From the IMG/VR virus record IMGVR_UViG_3300037452_000138, positions 1 to 62,509 of that record: a stretch of DNA of 62,509 nt, one strand, 5' to 3'. Shown here in pieces: positions 60,543 to 62,509 of the stretch (position 1 is its first letter; every line of letters begins with the position of its first letter). Source of the stretch: a virus. Lineage: Duplodnaviria; Caudoviricetes. Both the position numbers and the translations under genes were made by a program. Below the pieces are notes generated by a model that was not told the origin of the DNA, ran no database searches, and saw only the letters and a program-made list of their open reading frames with translations.

Positions 60543-61583
60543 ATGCCCCTTCCAGGTCTAGGTGTTGCCCCCGCCGCTGGGTCACTTTATACGGAGTTGT
60601 CGGCAGTAACACGCCGCGCGTTCGTTCCGAAATTGTTCGTCCAAATTTATTTTGGATCACCGACTCTGTTCTACATGACCGGCAATGCGCAGCGCGCGGC
60701 CGGCGGCTTGAACCAAGTGACGATTCCGTTGCAAGGCTCAAGTATGGTGCAGGGTCAATTCACCGGCTACGGCGGTGGCTTTAACAGCCCCGTCATCACC
60801 CCCGGCGTACAAAACGGCCAGTGGAATCTGGCGTACTGGGTGGTCCCGGTCCCGCTGCCGTTCGGTGAGACCGTGATTCAGGCCACCGAGCGCGAAGTCA
60901 GTCTGCTCAAGACCCGCATGAACGACGTCTATGCGGTCACCCGCCAGAACATGGCGCGGCTGATGTTCACCAACAACTCGGCCAATCCGCTGCTGCCGGA
61001 TTCGTTCACCAACGCCTTCGACAATGGCACTAACAACCCGACCTACGGCGGCATCAACCGCAACGCGCAGGGCAATTCGGCCTTCCAGGGTCAGTACATC
61101 AACCTCAATTCCGGCACCTACTCGCAGGGTGCCGCTGGCTTCACCCGCGCCGGCATGGCGACGCTGCTGGCCGGCGTGACCGACGCGGCCGGCGGTGAGT
61201 CGCCCACCTTCGTGGTGATGAACCCGGGCGACTACGCCACGCTGAACAACACCTTCATCTCGATCGAGCAGTTGAACCCGCCGCCGGGCTCGACCTACAC
61301 GATGGATACCGCGGTGCGGACCTCGTTCCCGAACCTCGTGGTGTCGGGGGTGCCGATTTTCGCCGACCACTTCTGTCCGAAGGGCAACGTCTTCGGCGTC
61401 AACGTCAAGTACACGTCGATGTACATGAGCGAGGACGCCGCGTTCGACTTCTCGGGCTTCTACTCACTCGTTCCCCTGGGCCAGATCGGTCAGCAGGGCG
61501 TGGTGGTGGTCGGCTACGACATCCTGAGTGCGAAATCCGTCTCCGGGTTCTGGGGATACAATTTGCAGGGCGCGTCCTTTTAA
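60543..61583 (+). CDS. Major capsid protein
   Basis: 346 aa, after the scaffold; YGGINR and GVPIFAD motifs; HK97-like size and position. Confidence 0.8.
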   Translation: MPLPGLGVAPAAGSLYTELSAVTRRAFVPKLFVQIYFGSPTLFYMTGNAQRAAGGLNQVTIPLQGSSMVQGQFTGYGGGFNSPVITPGVQNGQWNLAYWVVPVPLPFGETVIQATEREVSLLKTRMNDVYAVTRQNMARLMFTNNSANPLLPDSFTNAFDNGTNNPTYGGINRNAQGNSAFQGQYINLNSGTYSQGAAGFTRAGMATLLAGVTDAAGGESPTFVVMNPGDYATLNNTFISIEQLNPPPGSTYTMDTAVRTSFPNLVVSGVPIFADHFCPKGNVFGVNVKYTSMYMSEDAAFDFSGFYSLVPLGQIGQQGVVVVGYDILSAKSVSGFWGYNLQGASF

Positions 61584-61595
61584 GGAGATCGAAAT

Positions 61596-62509
61596 ATGCC
61601 TACTCCCCTTTCAGGCCCCGGCGTCGGATTGGCGTATCCGCAGAACTACTACCCGTCGCAGCTGCAAAACGCGCCGCAGGATCCGTCGTCCAACCGCCTT
61701 GCGCTGTCCCCCGGCGATTCCTTCGTGCTGCCTGCCGGTGACTGGTACATCAATCTCGGCCTGTACAACATCATCCAGTTCCTCGATCCGGTCACCAACA
61801 TCTGGCACACGGGCTCGGGTGCTGCGTGGGAACGCGGTCAGGTGTTCGTCAAGTCGGACGGGTTCAATGCGCGCGTCGCCAACCTGACCGGTTGCGTGAT
61901 CTCGGCCTCCGTCATAAACGGCGGCACCGGCTACGTGCAGGCCACCACGACCATCACGGCGATCGGCACCTTCGGCAACGGTGCGGCTCCGACCCTGCTG
62001 CCGATCGTCGGCGGCGCACTGGGCGAAACCGGTACCTTCACGATCGACATCCCGACCAAGGGCGCCGGCTACGGCGTGGCGCCGCTGGTCATGATCCCGC
62101 CGCCCCCGCCGGCGCAGGCCAATGCCAACGGTGTCGGCGGCATCCCGGCCACGGCGATCGCGGTCATCGGCGCCAGCGGCTCCCTGACCTCGATCAGCAT
62201 CACCAACCCCGGCGCGGGTTATCCCGTGGCCCCGGTGGCGGTCGTGGTACCCAGCCCGTTCGATCCGAACCTCTCGGTCGGCATCACCCAGGCCTCGGTC
62301 GTGTTCTCCCTGACGTCGGCCGGCGTGATCATGGGCGCCCTGGTGACCAACAACGGCTCGCCGCTCAACAACGGCTCGCTGGCGTCGGTGACGCTGTCGG
62401 TCGGCGGCGCTGGCACGTCCGGCTCGCTGACGGCGAATGTGATGCAGACGGTCGTGGCCGCGACGGTGTCGGGTCCGGGCGTCGGCTACGGCACCTCGAA
62501 CACGCTGAT
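61596..62509 (+). CDS. Putative capsid decoration/minor virion protein, 5' part (continues across the junction to 401; about 395 aa)
   Basis: Absent from the ORF track. ATG at 61596 follows TAAGGAG and reads MPTPLSGPGVGLAYPQNYYP..., in frame with ORF 6..401. It lies directly after the major capsid gene, is G/T/S/V-rich and has repeated GxGY motifs. Confidence 0.75.
   Translation, partial: MPTPLSGPGVGLAYPQNYYPSQLQNAPQDPSSNRLALSPGDSFVLPAGDWYINLGLYNIIQFLDPVTNIWHTGSGAAWERGQVFVKSDGFNARVANLTGCVISASVINGGTGYVQATTTITAIGTFGNGAAPTLLPIVGGALGETGTFTIDIPTKGAGYGVAPLVMIPPPPPAQANANGVGGIPATAIAVIGASGSLTSISITNPGAGYPVAPVAVVVPSPFDPNLSVGITQASVVFSLTSAGVIMGALVTNNGSPLNNGSLASVTLSVGGAGTSGSLTANVMQTVVAATVSGPGVGYGTSNTL
62383..62509. 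repeat. Terminal direct repeat, copy 2 (circular assembly overlap)
   Basis: Identical to 1-127; implies a unit genome of 62382 bp. Confidence 0.95.

Noticed and set aside
1-62509. tRNA, rRNA genes or flanking host DNA
   Set aside because: None recognised by eye; a tRNAscan-SE/Infernal run is needed to exclude tRNAs formally.

Overview
The window looks like a complete, circularly assembled dsDNA tailed-phage genome of about 62.4 kb: bases 1-127 are repeated exactly at 62383-62509, and one ORF runs across the junction. The gene content is podovirus-like: terminase, portal, scaffold, major capsid, two paralogous adaptor-like proteins, a nozzle-like protein and three putative ejection proteins, with no tape measure or sheath. 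It also has a lysis cassette, a replication module (PolA, SNF2-like helicase, PD-(D/E)XK nuclease, VRR-NUC, Prim-Pol/PriCT-2/VapE), many small early genes, six free-standing homing-endonuclease-like genes, a sugar-modification cassette, a short serine recombinase and an adenine methyltransferase. The host is probably an alphaproteobacterium (Rhizobiales-like); this is inference only. The most striking observation is that all three tail-fibre/receptor-binding-like genes (14141-19343) begin with classical Sec signal peptides (A-x-A followed by Gln) and carry neighbouring cysteine pairs. That suggests the fibres are exported and disulfide-matured in the periplasm, separately from the cytoplasmic virion. 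Other leads are a glycosylation cassette whose epimerase lacks the SDR catalytic Tyr, a candidate anti-Shine-Dalgarno small RNA, two repeated operator motifs, an ATT start codon coinciding with an antisense -10 box, a probably leaderless terminase mRNA and a 14-aa basic micropeptide. All product calls come from motif recognition by eye; no searches were run.
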